Below, piece by piece: positions 1 through 12,580 of a stretch of 64,000 nt of DNA. Under the pieces are notes generated by a model. The model saw only the letters and a program-made list of their open reading frames with translations, did not search any database and was not told the origin of the DNA. The DNA lies in the NCBI RefSeq assembly GCF_016432865.1, contig NC_067400.1:335110001-335174000 (forward strand). The letters run 5' to 3'. Numbering within the stretch: position 1 is the stretch's first letter; each line of letters begins with the position of its first letter. The translations under genes and the position numbers were made by a program. The stretch comes from Antechinus flavipes (lineage: Eukaryota).

Positions 1-2135
1 TCTGTCTTCTTTAGCCAAAGATTTACTCCATCTCCACATGCATTATTCTATTCTGTCTCCATGCTGTGAAGTCACACATCTATATTTGGAACCTCTGAAG
101 CTGTTGCCATAGCAATTAGGGTACTGATGGTGTGACTTTACTCTGTGAAGAAGGATTAGAGAGTGATGCTAGAAAGAAGGGATGGGAAGGAAATAGGAGG
201 AAAGTAGATGTGGACTATAAGTGAAGACAACCTGTCAGCAGTGGTCAGGAGGTTAAAACTCCTCTACACTATCTTGCTGAGTTTTAAGTGAATAGAAAAA
301 AAAATGAAATTTGAAAAAGAACAACAATTATTTACCAACCCTTTGTTAGTAAATAGCACAGAAGTCCTCCCTCTCAGCCTTTTGGAGAGAAGACATTACT
401 ATGAGGTCAGAGGTGGAGTAATTTTGAAACTCTTAGAGATGCCACTTTTCCAATGGACCAAGCAAAATTCTCACATTCATAATCCCCACCCCCCTCATTT
501 GTTCAGAGTGCTTTATATTTTTAGAATATTTTCAAATACATTATCTCATTTATTACTGATGCTTTTTCTGTGATGGTAGGTTAATATGACATTATAGCTA
601 TGTTTTACAGAGGAATAAGGAGAATTTCTGAGAGATTTAGTGATTAGCTCAAGATGGAACAATTTATGGTTGGGAGAGAACTGCAAGCCAGATCTTAGTG
701 AGATGTGTATTATCATACAGTGTCAAAACTGACATTGACCTTGGGGACCACCTAGGTGGCTAGGTGTGTCTATATGTTGCTATTCTTCGTTTTATAGATG
801 AGTTTAAAGAGAGGAATACATTACCCAAAAGCTGCATGGCTATTTAGTCTGAGGACTTCCAGAATAGAGCTTTTTCTCTGAAAACATTCCACCTTAGTAA
901 CTTAGTAACATTCATAGCTATATCAATGTTCTTTTGTTGTGTCTATAAACAATTAGTTGTAAATATTATATACATACAAACACACACACATACTTGCTAA
1001 ATAGTCTTTTTAATTCCATATAGGTACCTCATTTCATGATTAAATTTTCTAGTTTTTCAATGCTATATGACCTATGAAGAGTCACAAGATATAGTTTAAT
1101 TTGTATCTATATAGAATCCTATAATGAAATACTCCTGGCTGTATTTCAGGATGATTCAGGATCCATAACTATATACAATATTGCTGGAAGAGAGCAGAAA
1201 ATAACAGTTCCCATTTGTGAAGTTTACCAAGAACTTTTTTTCATAGAAGGTGCTGTCCAAAAGTTCCCTGAAACATAAACCATTTCTTTTTTTGTTTTGG
1301 TATTCATAGGATGTACTATAGTGCCAGAAACATAAAAGATGCTTAATAAGTGCTTATTGATTGATTTTAGAGTCAGAGGACCTGAAGGAATACATAAATC
1401 TTGGTTAGGTTTGGTTGAAAATGTAGATTCCCCATTCTAGGGATAGGTTCATCACATGTTTATACTTTGCTTATATTTAAACTTTGAGCAACCATCACTT
1501 TACACTTTAATAGATGACCTTCAAGAATCATGATGGCCAAAAAAGTAAACACTTAAGTCAGCTTGATGGTGAATTCTCCAAACTCAGGTTGATTTTCAAG
1601 CAACATAGATTTTCATTCCTGAGCCCATACACAATGTCCTTCCAATATATAGGATGTACCATCAATTATATTCTCTTGACATAGAAAACACAGAATCATC
1701 TCTGAAAGTAGGGTTTTCATGGAGGATATATCAGGTACACAATGGGTTAAATAATCTTTAGAGTTGCCTAGAAACTGATCGACATCTGCAAGGATGGGAT
1801 TAAAGCTCCAAACCAATAAAAAGTTTTATGCAAATTTTTGAGATGCAACCACTTTGTAAATTGGGACACATCTTTGGTTTCCAGGTGATGCTAAACAGCC
1901 TCCTTATAGACTAGAAGCTGAAACACAAAGGTCTTATCTTTTATGCTATTTAAATGCTGTGGTGAAGTTGGCACAGTCAGTTTTTCAGATTTATTGTTAA
2001 GTAGGAAATGTCTTGTTTACTTAGCATAGAATACAGAACTGCTCCCTGATCATGTGCTTATTGTTCAATGAAGACCAACAAGAGTGAAGACCAACAATCT
2101 GCACCTCTCTATAACTGGAAAAGCTATGTCATAAT

Positions 2136-2288
2136 GAAAAGGACACTGGACTTGGAGACCTGGATTATGCTCACAGTTCTATTATTCACTGCAATTTCTT
2201 TAGCCTCAGTTTCCTTATTTGTGAAATGAAGGATTTGGCTGGGTCATCTCTAAAGTCCCTTCCAATTCTAAGATCTTATGACTATGAA
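2136..2288 (+). mobile_element. MIR3-like CORE-SINE
   Basis: Core 'ttagcctcagtttccttatttgtgaaatgaagg' followed by the MIR3/L3-type tail 'tctctaaagtcccttccaattctaagatcttatga'. Confidence 0.7.
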
Positions 2289-2479
2289 TTAATATGAACA
2301 GTCAAAATGGGAAAAACTTCTAAAGTTAATCCAAATAAAATATGCTATTTGAATTTTATATAGTAAATGAACAAAGTCGAGGTCTCCAGAAGAGTTCTCA
2401 GGAGCTCTTTTTAGAAAGTTAAATACTTTCTTTTTTTAAAGCAAACTTCTCTTTCTGTTAAAAAAAATTAATAATAGCT

Positions 2480-2870
2480 TTTTATTTTTCAAAAATACAT
2501 AAAAAGATAGTTTTCAAATTCAACCTTGCAAAACCTTGTGTTCTATAATTTTTTCTCCCTCCTTCCCCACCTTCCTCTTCCCCTAGACAGCAAATAATCC
2601 AGTATAGGTCAAACATGGATAATTTCTCTAAACATATTTCAACATTTATCATGCTGTAGAAAAAAAAATTCACATCAAAAGTAAAAATAATGAGAGAAAA
2701 AATAAGCAAACAACAACAACAACAACAACAAAATGAAAATACTATGTTGTGATCCATATTCAGTCCCCATAGTCCTCTCTCTGGATGCAGATGGCTCTAT
2801 CCATCACAAGTGTCTGTTGGAATTGACCTGAATCACCTCATTGCTGAAAAGAGCCAAGTCCATCACAGTA
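2480..2870 (-). mobile_element. L1 3' UTR fragment (older marsupial subfamily), with an internal (AAC)n repeat
   Basis: T-rich start and 'catagtcctctctctggatgcagatggc...gaaaagagccaagtccatcaca'. It aligns by eye with the copies at 48122-48330 and 58518-58945. Confidence 0.8.
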
Positions 2871-4009
2871 AAACACTAATTTTAAACCAAAGAGAGAAGA
2901 GATTAACATGACAGAGAGTTTACCTTAAGGAAATATAGTTTAGTCATTGGAACCAGTATTTTCTGTTCTACATTAAACATGGACACTCAGGCTATTTTTC
3001 CAGATCAACCTCATTTTATGGCAGCTACCTCCGAATCGTACTTAGGCATCTTCCCAAGATAAACATATACCTTTGGGAACAAAGAGAAGTAACTCCAGAC
3101 AGTATCAGTCTTGGCTGCATCCTGAGTTTGGGACCTTTACTCCGTAGGGGTCTTATTCTTGACTGACGGCATTGACCTGGTCAATTTCCCTTAGACTTCC
3201 TGTATTCATTGTTTGAGGGTGGCCCAAAGGCCTTCCACAGGCTGCTGTGTGTCTGGGGAACAAAGGCTTAAAAGGCAGGTGCTCTCTTCCAGCAGTCTGA
3301 ACTTCAGATGAAACAGCTGTCAAAGCTAAACTACGAAGGAGGAGCTGGGGGGGAAACCTGCCTGTGCCCAACACCAGACATGAATAGCCCCAGAGCTATC
3401 AGCCAAATTCTCCAGACATCTGAGAAACCTGAAAAGAGACCCAATTGTGAACCTCTATAGAGAAAATGCATTTTCACTGAAAATCTGTTTGAGGATAAGT
3501 TTGCATCATAGTCTTTTTCATTGAATGCTATTTCTAGGAGGGGAACCTATATGTAGTTTTAAGAATGAAAGTCACTTTAGAGATCACTTAATCCAAATGT
3601 CTCATTTACACATGAGGAAATTGAAGAGTATTGAGGGCATATAACTAAGATATGAAACCAGGGATTTCAGCCCACAACATTATTCTTGGATAGATGACTA
3701 CACATAGCTGGCTCTCTCTATTCATACTCATTTTGTCAATGAATTGAATATTACTTTCTCTAGCCTTGTTAATTTCTTGAAAGAATAAAAGCAAAGTGAC
3801 CTTATTTCTTAGAATGTTTGTCCCTAGTTGTTCATTTTTTTTAAATGGCCGAAACAATAGCTGTCCATCAGTGTAGTCTAAGCATTGGAGGAGGAGGGGA
3901 AGTCTATTCTTTTTTCAGGGGAAAACACAAGTGAGTGAGGTTTTTTTAAAAAGAAAGATTTTGTCATTTCTCTATGAGTGATCAAAGAGACAGAGGCATT
4001 AGCCCTTGA

Positions 4010-4190
4010 TTTCCCAGCACCTTGTATAAACTTGGGAAAGTCATTTATAACCTCTCTGGTTGTCAGTTTCCTCATGTGTCTAATGGGGATAATATCTGTC
4101 CACCCCATCACTTGAAATGGCTAAAGATCAAGTAAGTTAATACATGTGAAAGAATTTTGTAAAATATAAAATGCTATGTTAGTGTAAGGC
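4010..4190 (+). mobile_element. MIR SINE
   Basis: 'cttgggaaagtcatttataacctctctgg..cagtttcctcatgtgtctaatggggataata' core plus MIR tail. Confidence 0.7.
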
Positions 4191-5189
4191 ATGATTAACT
4201 ATAACTGGAAGCAAAATCTCATTATTCTGACTCTTATTGAGTAATATAATGTTCTGGAACTAGAGACAGATGAAAAATAATAATGAGACAGCCCTTCCTT
4301 TAAGGATTTAACCTTGTAGTAATAACATAATATATTTGACCAACTAATTCTGTTTCCTGGATACAACATGCTATATATAACCTATCTTCTTTATAGTATA
4401 TCTATGTTCTTTATAGGATGATATACACAGAAAATATTATACTAAAGGTATTATTCCAGGTCCCTGTTACCTAGAAGATTCTATACATTGTTTGTCTCTA
4501 AGGAATCACCATTAGCTTTTTAAAAAGTTAGTCAAGGTAGGAAAAGCAGGTAGATGGGGAGAGAGAGAGGGGGGATTATTCTAAAGTGAATAAACAAACA
4601 AAGCAAAGGATGGTAGTGTAATAAGTCCAGAGATCTGGAATTCAGCCATGACAGAGACAACACTAGCAGCCAGAATCTTTTTGCTCACACAGGTACTTTG
4701 CCCAGGAAACAATATTTGTTTTAATCACCAACAGATGGCTTTCATTATATACTACACGCCTGTCTAGTATATTCCACCTGTGGCTTTCATAGAATCATGG
4801 ATCATTCCTGTAAGGTTTCTTGGGGGTCATTCCCACATTTAATAAGTGAGAAAACTCAGATACAAAGACATTAAATATCTTGCCAACAGACACAAAAAAT
4901 ATATTATTAGAACCTAGGTTTCCTTACTGCCCCATTTCTCTTCCCTTTACATCACATTACTTTGTTCTTGCATGAGGAAGGTGAGCCATTCAACTATAGA
5001 ACTAAGTTTAATCATCTAATCAGTCGACAATCAATTGTTAAGTACCAGGTATGTGTATCTAAGACCATAAGCAGAACGACATACCACAAATTATTATGAC
5101 AAGTTCATTATGCTTTGAGCTGCATTTTAACTTCAATGGGATATTGAAGTGACCCTCAATAATAGAAGTCATTACGAGTGGAACCATAG

Positions 5190-5630
5190 CATAACAGATA
5201 AAGAGCCAGGCTTAAATTCAGGAAGACCCAAGTTCAAATCCTGCCTTTGACACAAACCAGCTGTGTGACCACTGGCAAGATATTTGATCTCCTTTTGCTC
5301 CAGCCTAAACTTGTCAAACATATAGTCTGCAGGCCTCATGAGGTCCACAACGTGCCTGAGTGAGCCTAAACCAGATTACAGTGTAATTGAGAAATATTTG
5401 ACAAAACAAAAATACAAGAAAACATAGATAATATGTAGTTTTCTAAGTCAATATGGAGCCCATAGAGATCCTTTGTATGGTCTAGTGGCCCCCATTTCAA
5501 TTTGGCTTTGACTCTTCTCTAAGCTGTTCCCTAAAATTTTAAGATGAAGATAAGGTGTTGATCTGCTTGAGTAGCTGGAGTTTTCTCAGCAGGGAGTTCT
5601 TTGTACTAGTAAAAGCACAGGTTAATTCCT
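5190..5630 (+). mobile_element. Marsupial CORE-SINE (Mar3/MIR3_Mars-like), split by a MITE
   Basis: tRNA-like head 'caggaagacccaagttcaaatcctgcc..agctgtgtgacc'. After the MITE it resumes with 'ctctaagctg..aaggtgttgatctgcttgagtagctggagttttctcagcagggagttc'. Confidence 0.6.
5300..5515 (-). mobile_element. hAT (Charlie-like) MITE
   Basis: About 215 bp with ends 'cttgtcaaaca' and 'tttgactc'. It is the reverse complement of the copy at 52865-53095 (shared 'attgactta', 'atctatgtt', 'aatctggtt' blocks). Confidence 0.65.
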
Positions 5631-6257
5631 ATTCCTAGTCCATAAGATTTGTGATTTTTGCCAGAAGTTGTCAACTGTTCTTTGGCTTCCTGTAACCCAG
5701 ACAGACAGATGGTTTCTGTAGATAAGAACTGAAAATAGGGTAAAAGTCTGACTTATAAATGGACAACATAGAATGCCATTGTAAGTATTTGATACTGGCA
5801 ACTGGGCGAAAGCAAAAATTAAAAAAAAAAATTCTCACTGGATGATTAAAGGAAGGCAGATTACCTTGTAGTATGCTTATTAGTGTATACATATATGTAC
5901 ATTGGTTTGTTTTTTCTTCTGCTTATTTGGTATACTTGCTTTTCCTCCCTTTGAAATAATTTCTCAGTTACTCCTCTCTTCCTCCAATCTCTGATCATGA
6001 GGTAGCGGTAGCTCTTCTTGGCAAGGAAACATACATCCCTCTGGTCTCTTCTCCAGAAATTGTTTCCCTCAACAATTTCCTCTTTCTAATCTTCAACTCT
6101 TCTTCCTCCACTAATTCTTTCCCTATTTCCTTCCACAATGACAAGCTTCTTCCATCCTCAAAAAAGTCTTCCCTAGTAATTTTTATCTTCTCAAGATGTC
6201 ATTCTTTATTTCTCCTTTTCTCAGCCAAACTTCTTTTTTAAAAGCTGTTTTCACCTG

Positions 6258-6503
6258 TTGTTTTTACTTCCTCTCCTCTCATTTCACAGCTGTCTGAAGT
6301 CCAGTTTGCAACTGAAGTTTTTGTCTTCAGTTACCAGTGATCTCTCCATTGCCAAATCTGAAGATCTTTTCTTAATCCTCATGGTTCTTGTCCTCCCTGC
6401 TTTGTTTGATACTGTTGACCACTTCTCTTCCTTGGATACTCTCTCTTCTCTAGGACTCTGTGACACTAATCTTGCCTTATATTCCTACCTGCCTACTCCT
6501 TAA
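6258..6503 (+). pseudogene. L2 reverse transcriptase remnant
   Basis: The ORF-track peptide 'VLVLPALFDTVDHFSSLDTLSSLGLCDTNL' matches the L2 RT motif LLDLSAAFDTVDH..LLETLSSLGF. Confidence 0.8.
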
Positions 6504-7050
6504 GAGATTTTCTTGGTTGGATCATTGTTTGTACCCCCCAACTGTGGGTGTTCCTTAGATCTCTTCTTTACTTTCTCTATATGATATATTGGGGTTCCCA
6601 TGGGTTTTATTTTCTCATCTATTTGGGTTATTCCCATATCTATATATCTAACTTTACCTTCTCCCTCAAGCTTCATCCCTGAAATGCCAACTATCTATTG
6701 GATATTCTCAGATTGGATATCCCAGAGACATCTCAAACTCAAAATGCCTGCAACAGAATTTATTATCTTTCCCTCCAAACATAACTCTTCCAGTTGAATC
6801 TGCTGCTGTTAAAGGCATTTTTGTAGTGTCTCATATTTGTACTCTTAATTCATTCATTATTCTCATCCCAGATATCATAGCAATTGTCAGATGTTGTTTC
6901 TACCTCCACAAACTTTGGCCCAGGCCCACATCATCTCTCACCTTGATTATTGTAACAATCTCTTAAATGATCTCCCTGTCACATCTTTCCCGGTTTCCAT
7001 CCATTCTTTGGGTTCTTGCCAGAGAAATTTTCTTTAAGAACAGATATGAC

Positions 7051-7370
7051 ATTATATCTAGGATATACTGTGACATATTTAACATGTATATAGGTCTGCT
7101 TGCCATTTGGGGGAAGGGGTAGAGGGAGGGAGGGGAAAAGTCGGAACAGAAGTGAGTGCAAGGGATAATGTTGTAAAAAATTACCCAAGCATGGGTTCTG
7201 TCAATAAAAAAGTTATAATTATTTTAAAAAATAAATAATAAAATTAGACAAAATATTATAGTACTTGCAAGAGGAGAACAGAAAATACATAGGAGCCCTG
7301 TGACTTATAGAAATATAGCCATTCTTGGTTATTTTTCTCTTTGTAGCAAAAAAAAAAAAAAAAAAAAAAA
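7051..7370 (+). mobile_element. 5'-truncated young L1 3' end plus about 100 nt of transduced flank plus A23
   Basis: 7051-7243 aligns with the L1 3' UTR at 34545-34730. 7244-7347 is non-L1 and A23 runs 7348-7370. TSD-like flanks aagaacagatatgac (7036-7050) and aaaaacagatgtgac (7366-7380). Confidence 0.8.
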
Positions 7371-7784
7371 CAGATGTGACTATATCACTCCCTGTCATAT
7401 CAACTCCATCAACTCTAGTGGCTCTCTGTTGCTTCTAAGATACATTGTATACATTTTGAAGCACTTTAAATCTTGCCCCAAACCTATCTTTTTGGCTTTT
7501 ATGAACTATATGATGTAGCCAGACTGGCCTTCTCTCTGTTTCTCACATATCGTGCTCTCTTATCTCCATATCTTTCTACTGACTGTGTCATGCCTGTGAT
7601 TCATTCCCTCCTCACTTCTGCCTCTTAGAATCCCCCTCTTCCTTCAAGATCCAACTCAAGTACCACATTCTACATCAGCTTTTCCTTGCTTGTTCTCCTG
7701 CAACTTGTCCTCTCTCCTAAACTACCTTGAATTTGTACTTATTTTCTCCATTAAATGTTTTGTAATCTCTATCTCTGTTTCTGT

Positions 7785-7880
7785 CTCCTTCTTCCACCTT
7801 CCTTCCCTCTATATCTCCCTCCATCTATCTCTCCCTTCTTCCCTTCCTCTGTCTCTCTGTATGAATGTCTGTCTCTGTCT
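7785..7880. repeat. CT-rich low-complexity tract
   Basis: Almost pure pyrimidine with (CT)n/(CCT)n units. Confidence 0.8.
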
Positions 7881-8839
7881 CTGGTTGAATACAAGTATCT
7901 TGAGAATTTATTTCATTCTTTTTATTTTTATCCCCAACATCTAGTACAGTGGCTGGCACATAGCAGATGCTTTAAAATGCTTTAAAATTTTAATTTATTT
8001 ATCCTCAGATTATAAATTTCTGAGGGCAAGAAATATTATTGTTCATCTTTATATTTCTTACAACTACTGTAATGCCATCTGTTTGTTCATTCATTCATTC
8101 CAAAAACACTTACTAAGGACCCATATGTTAAGGGATAGGGGAACATAATGTTTAAATAAGATATGGTCAATGCCCTCATGGAGTTCACAATATAATAGGA
8201 TAAGAAAATAATTTTACATTTTAAGAACATTCAAAAGATATAAAACAAAGTGATATATGATATCTGAGGGGGAAAGTTATTACTAACAAGCCCAGAGGTA
8301 GGGGAAAGATATAAAGGAGAAATTTCATGGAGGAGCTAACATTTGGAGTTGGACTATAATGGGGTGATTGGAATTAAATAAGCAGTGAGATTGTGGGAGG
8401 AAATTCCAAGCATATGAAGGAATGTAAGCTAAGATATAGCCCTAGAAGAGTTTTGGGTGTGTTCAGTGTATATAATATATAGGAAGGGAGGTGATGTGAG
8501 ATAAAAATTGAAAGGGGACCACTAAGGATTTTTAGCAGAGAAGTGATATTACTTGATCCATACTTAAGAAGTATTATTCTGGAAGTAATATAAAAAGATT
8601 GACTGGAAGGAGGAGAGAATGGATTTATGAAGATCTGTTAGGTTCTAATAGTAGAATAGAGCAGGAGTACTGATAATTTATGTTAGATTGGTGGCAATTA
8701 GAACACAGAGGAAAGGACAGATGTTAGCAACATTTCATAGATGAATCAATAGTCCTTAGTAATTGATTAGAAAGGAGAAGAAAACGTAAAGATAATTTCA
8801 ACCTCATAAACTTGGAAGAATGGATGATGCATAGTGACA

Positions 8840-9355
8840 GTAATAATAGTTAGCATTTATATAGCATTGGGGGCAGCTGGTGGATGCAGTGGTTAGAGCA
8901 CTGGGCTTGGAATCAGGAAAACTCCTCTATATCACTTCAAATCCAGCCTCAGGCACATGTTAGCTATGTGATTCTGGGCAGGTCACAATTATTTTTGCCT
9001 CAACTCCCTCATCTGTAAAATGAGCTGCAGAAGAAAATGGCAAACTACTCCCAGTTTCTTTGCCAAGAAAACCCCCATTAGTCACAAAGAGGCAGACACA
9101 ACTGAACAACAACAATAAAACACAACACTTTGAGATTTGCAAAGAATTTTTACAAATGTATTTCATTTTATCCTCACAATAATCCTGGGAAGTAAGTACT
9201 ATAATCATCCTCATTTTATAGATGAAGAAGCTGAGGCAAATAGAGATTAATTGGTTTTTCCAGGTTCACATGCTAAGTAAATATCTGAGGTTGTATTTGA
9301 ACTTAGGTCTTTCTGCCTTGAGGCCACAACTCTATTCACTGTACTACCTAGCTGC
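8840..9355 (-). mobile_element. MIR-type SINE interrupted by MAR1
   Basis: 'taataatagttagcatttatatagcatt' resumes at about 9121 with 'ctttgagatttgcaaag..cattttatagatgaagaagctgaggca..ctacctagctgc'. Confidence 0.75.
8869..9120 (+). mobile_element. MAR1 SINE, near full length
   Basis: Head 'ggggcagctggtggatgcagtggttagagcactggg', CORE, and RTE-like tail 'aaatggcaaactactcc..tttgccaagaaaacccc..actgaacaacaacaa'. Confidence 0.85.
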
Positions 9356-10662
9356 ATCAACAGATGTCAAAGGATAGAAATAATAAACTCAAAAGGAGGA
9401 ACAGACACTGGGGAGAGATTAATTATATTCTTAATAATTTAATCTAGTGCTATTGGGACACCAAAATGGAGATATCCATAAGCAATTGGAGAATCAGGTC
9501 TGGAACTTAGAAAAGGAGTCAAGATCGGAGATACAGATATAGAGGTGAGAGTAGAAGTTATAAGAATGATTATAAGAGAAAATATTAAGGAGAAAGCATG
9601 GTTAAAACTTAAACGTTAATAGCTTAAAACTGAATTAAAACTTTTTGAGACACTTTATATAGAGTCATATAACAAGTAATCACTTTAAATAGCTCTTCAA
9701 GGTTTGTAAAAAAATTTTTTTCTCATTACAGATCTGTAAGATACACAGTACAGCATTAGTATGTCCATTTTACAAATTAGGAAACTGATTTTCAGAGAGG
9801 GAAAGTGACCTTTCAGTAACAGCACAGGTTGCATCAGAGAGAATTTGAACATTTTCTCCTGACTTTAATTGAAGTGTTTTTTGCCACTATAGAATTGGTT
9901 GGGGAAAAGGGGATAGTGGAGGAAAGAAGAATGTGACATGCAGCAAGGCCACCCAAACAAGAAAGCAGCTGCTTAGTATAGAAAAGCCACAACATTGTAG
10001 AACAGAGTGTTCAAAGGAGAAGGACCAATTCAGGTAAATAAAAAACATCTGCCAGGCCAGTTACAACTTCGGAAATTCCCCATCATGTTAAATAAGAATC
10101 CTGGAGGATTTAGCTTTTCTACTATTGGGTCTGAAGTGATTTAGTTATTGACTTCCAAAACCCTGCTGTTCCTCTGTGATTCTCAAAATAAGCTGTGCTT
10201 TTCCCTCCAAGTTTGGCCTACAATTTCTAGGGGATGATTTGCCTCCCCTATAATTTATCCTTCTCTTCTCCATTCTACCCCGACCCTGTTGTGGGATTCC
10301 CTTGGTCTATCCTTTTAGCATCTTTTCTGGTAAGCACTTAATATATGTTAGTTGATTAATTTGAGGGGAGAATGGAAACTTGCATCATTTCCACCTGACT
10401 GGAATTTGCTCTATTTGGGAAACTGGTGTTTATATTTTAGTCAGTTTTTTTTTTAATTTAAAATTTTCAAGCTTCCTGGAGATTCAAAAAACCCCCAAAA
10501 TAATTATTCCAATCTAATCCATTTTTCAAAGCCCAGCTTACATTGCTCAGCTTCTGTAAAGCTTTCCTTTTAACTCTAGTCTGTATTGATCTCTTTCTTT
10601 CAGCCCATCCATATGAGGAAGGGCAGAGAAGGAAAGGGAAGGGAGTAAGCATTTATTAAATA

Positions 10663-10953
10663 TAGTTATCCCTTTCACATGGCAGTGGAAGGGCGTAGCC
10701 TCCTCCCCCATCTGGAAAATCCACGTAATTTTTGGTACTCCCTTTGTTCTTTTATGGTATGTTTACACTACCTTATTGTAAAATTTGGGTTACGTACTTG
10801 GTTTGGGGCTACATGTAGGTCAATGTTAAGTTAAAAATACATTGTCCATTGGTTTTCACTTGTTGTCTGTGGCTTCCACAAAATTCTCCCAAATTCCCCT
10901 TTAATCTCTTATGCCGACAATATATCAAAGGCAAGGTGGGGAAAGTATAGCTG
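10663..10953. mobile_element. Tc1/mariner (Tigger-like) MITE inserted at a TA in a MIR-type SINE tail
   Basis: Degenerate TIRs 'tagttatccctttcac' and 'gggaaagtatagctg', with TA on both sides (10661-62, 10954-55). The flanks rejoin as the SINE tail 'aagcatttattaaata|cttaactgtgtgtgctaagtgctttac'. Confidence 0.7.
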
Positions 10954-12349
10954 TACTTAACTGTGTGTGCTAAGTGCTTTACAGATATTACCTCATTCAT
11001 TCTTACAACTATGGTAGGTAGGTGCTGTTATTATCTCCATTTTACAGTTGAGGAAATGGGCAAATAGAACTTAAGTGGCTTGCCCACAAATGCTTGAGGC
11101 CAGATTCCAAGCTCAGAGTTCTGTTTCCACCTATATCATCCATCCTTACCATTCAGCTCTTGTTTTTGATTAATCCATTGCTTAATATTATTCACTATCT
11201 TACTTTATATATAGTTATTCTGTGTATGTTAATACTGATATTCTGATTGTCATATCCCTCTATTAAACTATTAAAGTTCCATGAGGAGCAGGGACAGTGT
11301 CTTATTTAAATTTCTGCAGACAAGGACTGATTCCTTCCTTCATTGGGGTTTCATAAGCCTTGACCAGCTCAACAGCATTCTAGTTGTTGAATGTAATCTT
11401 TTCTCTCCCTTAATATTGCCTAGCATTGGGCTGAGTGCAAAATGGGCATTACATACAGAAGGGGGAAAAGGAAATGGAGATGCTAATAATAGCTAACTTG
11501 AGAAAGAGAAAGAATAGTAGTTTTCTTACTTTTTAATTTTTCCCTTCTGCCCAACATGGGCCTGACTCAATTTCTCTCTATTAATTATAGACATAGACAT
11601 ATATACCTCTATCAGTCTGTCATTCTGTCTGCCTGTTTGTCTGTCTATATACGACTGTAACATAATTTCTAATATTTCCAGCATTAGATGTCTTGTCATC
11701 AAGTCAGCCATCTGCATTATAAATCCCTCTCTTCCTTTGCCACTCCACATCTTAGCTGACAGACAGGGATAGTCAGGCTTCACTCAGTGCTTACAGGAAC
11801 ATCATGTACGCCCTTGCTCTTATACACCCAGGCTGGCTCCAGCAGATCAGGAGTACCAGCTGCTCTAAGAGACTTAAATGGAAAATATCCTATAATTTCT
11901 GCCACCATCCTAGCTAGTCCTGTGTACACTATCCCTTCATGCAACAGCATTCCAGAGATTCTCCCTTATTCTAATTTCTTTTCCTTTAAATCTATTCACC
12001 AGTCAAATATTTATTAATTCTCTATTCCTAGTGTATTATGTTAGATATTTCGTATCACCTAGATAGGGAAAGATGCAAAGATCTGTTATATGTTTCTGTC
12101 TTCTAGGAGCTTATGAAGTAATGAGGGAGAAATTTTTGGTCCTTCTTTAAATCACACCCACTGTTGGGTCGCTTGCAATGTGGCCAGAGTAGAATGCTAT
12201 TGGGTTTCTTTTTTGCTAAACTAAAAGATCATGTATAGATTTTGTGAGTGCAAAATGACCTAACCACTCAGTGGAAGTAGGATGAAAATTTGAAAGTTTC
12301 TTCTCTACACCTGCTAGTCCAGAATACTTCATTAGAACTTTTTAATTAA

Positions 12350-12580
12350 GGCTAGTGATGAAATGCCTGAGGAAGGCCTAAATTCAAATGTGACCTCGGA
12401 TAAAATAGGTGCATTTCCCCTGGGCAAATTACTTAATCGCTCTTTGCCTCAGTTTTCTTATCTGTAAAATACAGATGATAACAATAGCAACCACATTCTA
12501 GTGCTGCTGTGAGAGTAAAATGAGATAGCTATAAAGTACTTTGCAAACCTTAAAATGCTAAATATTATCAATTGTTATTC
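12350..12580 (+). mobile_element. MIR SINE
   Basis: 'ctgggcaaattacttaatcgctctttgcctcagttttcttatctgtaaaat..ctttgcaaaccttaaaatgcta'. Confidence 0.8.

Larger units (their letters stand above)
6000..7990 (+). mobile_element. L2 LINE, 3' 2 kb, interrupted by the L1 insertion at 7051-7365
   Basis: RT-region remnant, L2 blocks 'gccagag..cagatgtgactatatcactcc', and the L2 3' end 'cccaacatctagtacagtggctggcacatagcagatgct'. Confidence 0.85.
8075..9610 (-). mobile_element. L2 fragment, tail-to-tail with the upstream L2 and split by nested SINEs
   Basis: Reverse L2 tail 'ttcattcattcattcc..gccctcatggagttcacaat' and purine-rich L2 body, continuing after 9355 ('ggacaccaaaatggagatatcc..gaatcaggtctggaac'). 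Confidence 0.75.

Noticed and set aside
1609-1735. Stop-free plus-strand stretch IFIPEPIHNVLPIYRMYHQ.. between an AG and a GT
   Set aside because: Weak acceptor and donor, no recognisable homology, length compatible with chance.
5757-5790. ATG GAC AAC ATA GAA TGC CAT T|gtaagt as a first coding exon after GATA/TATA-like words
   Set aside because: Only seven codons, no supported downstream exon, and no CpG island. Such motifs are common in AT-rich DNA.
10604-10650. Apparent small exon tctttcag|CCCATCC...GGGA|gtaagc
   Set aside because: The donor is the reverse tail of a SINE ('gtaagcatttattaaa'), so the motif is explained by the repeat.
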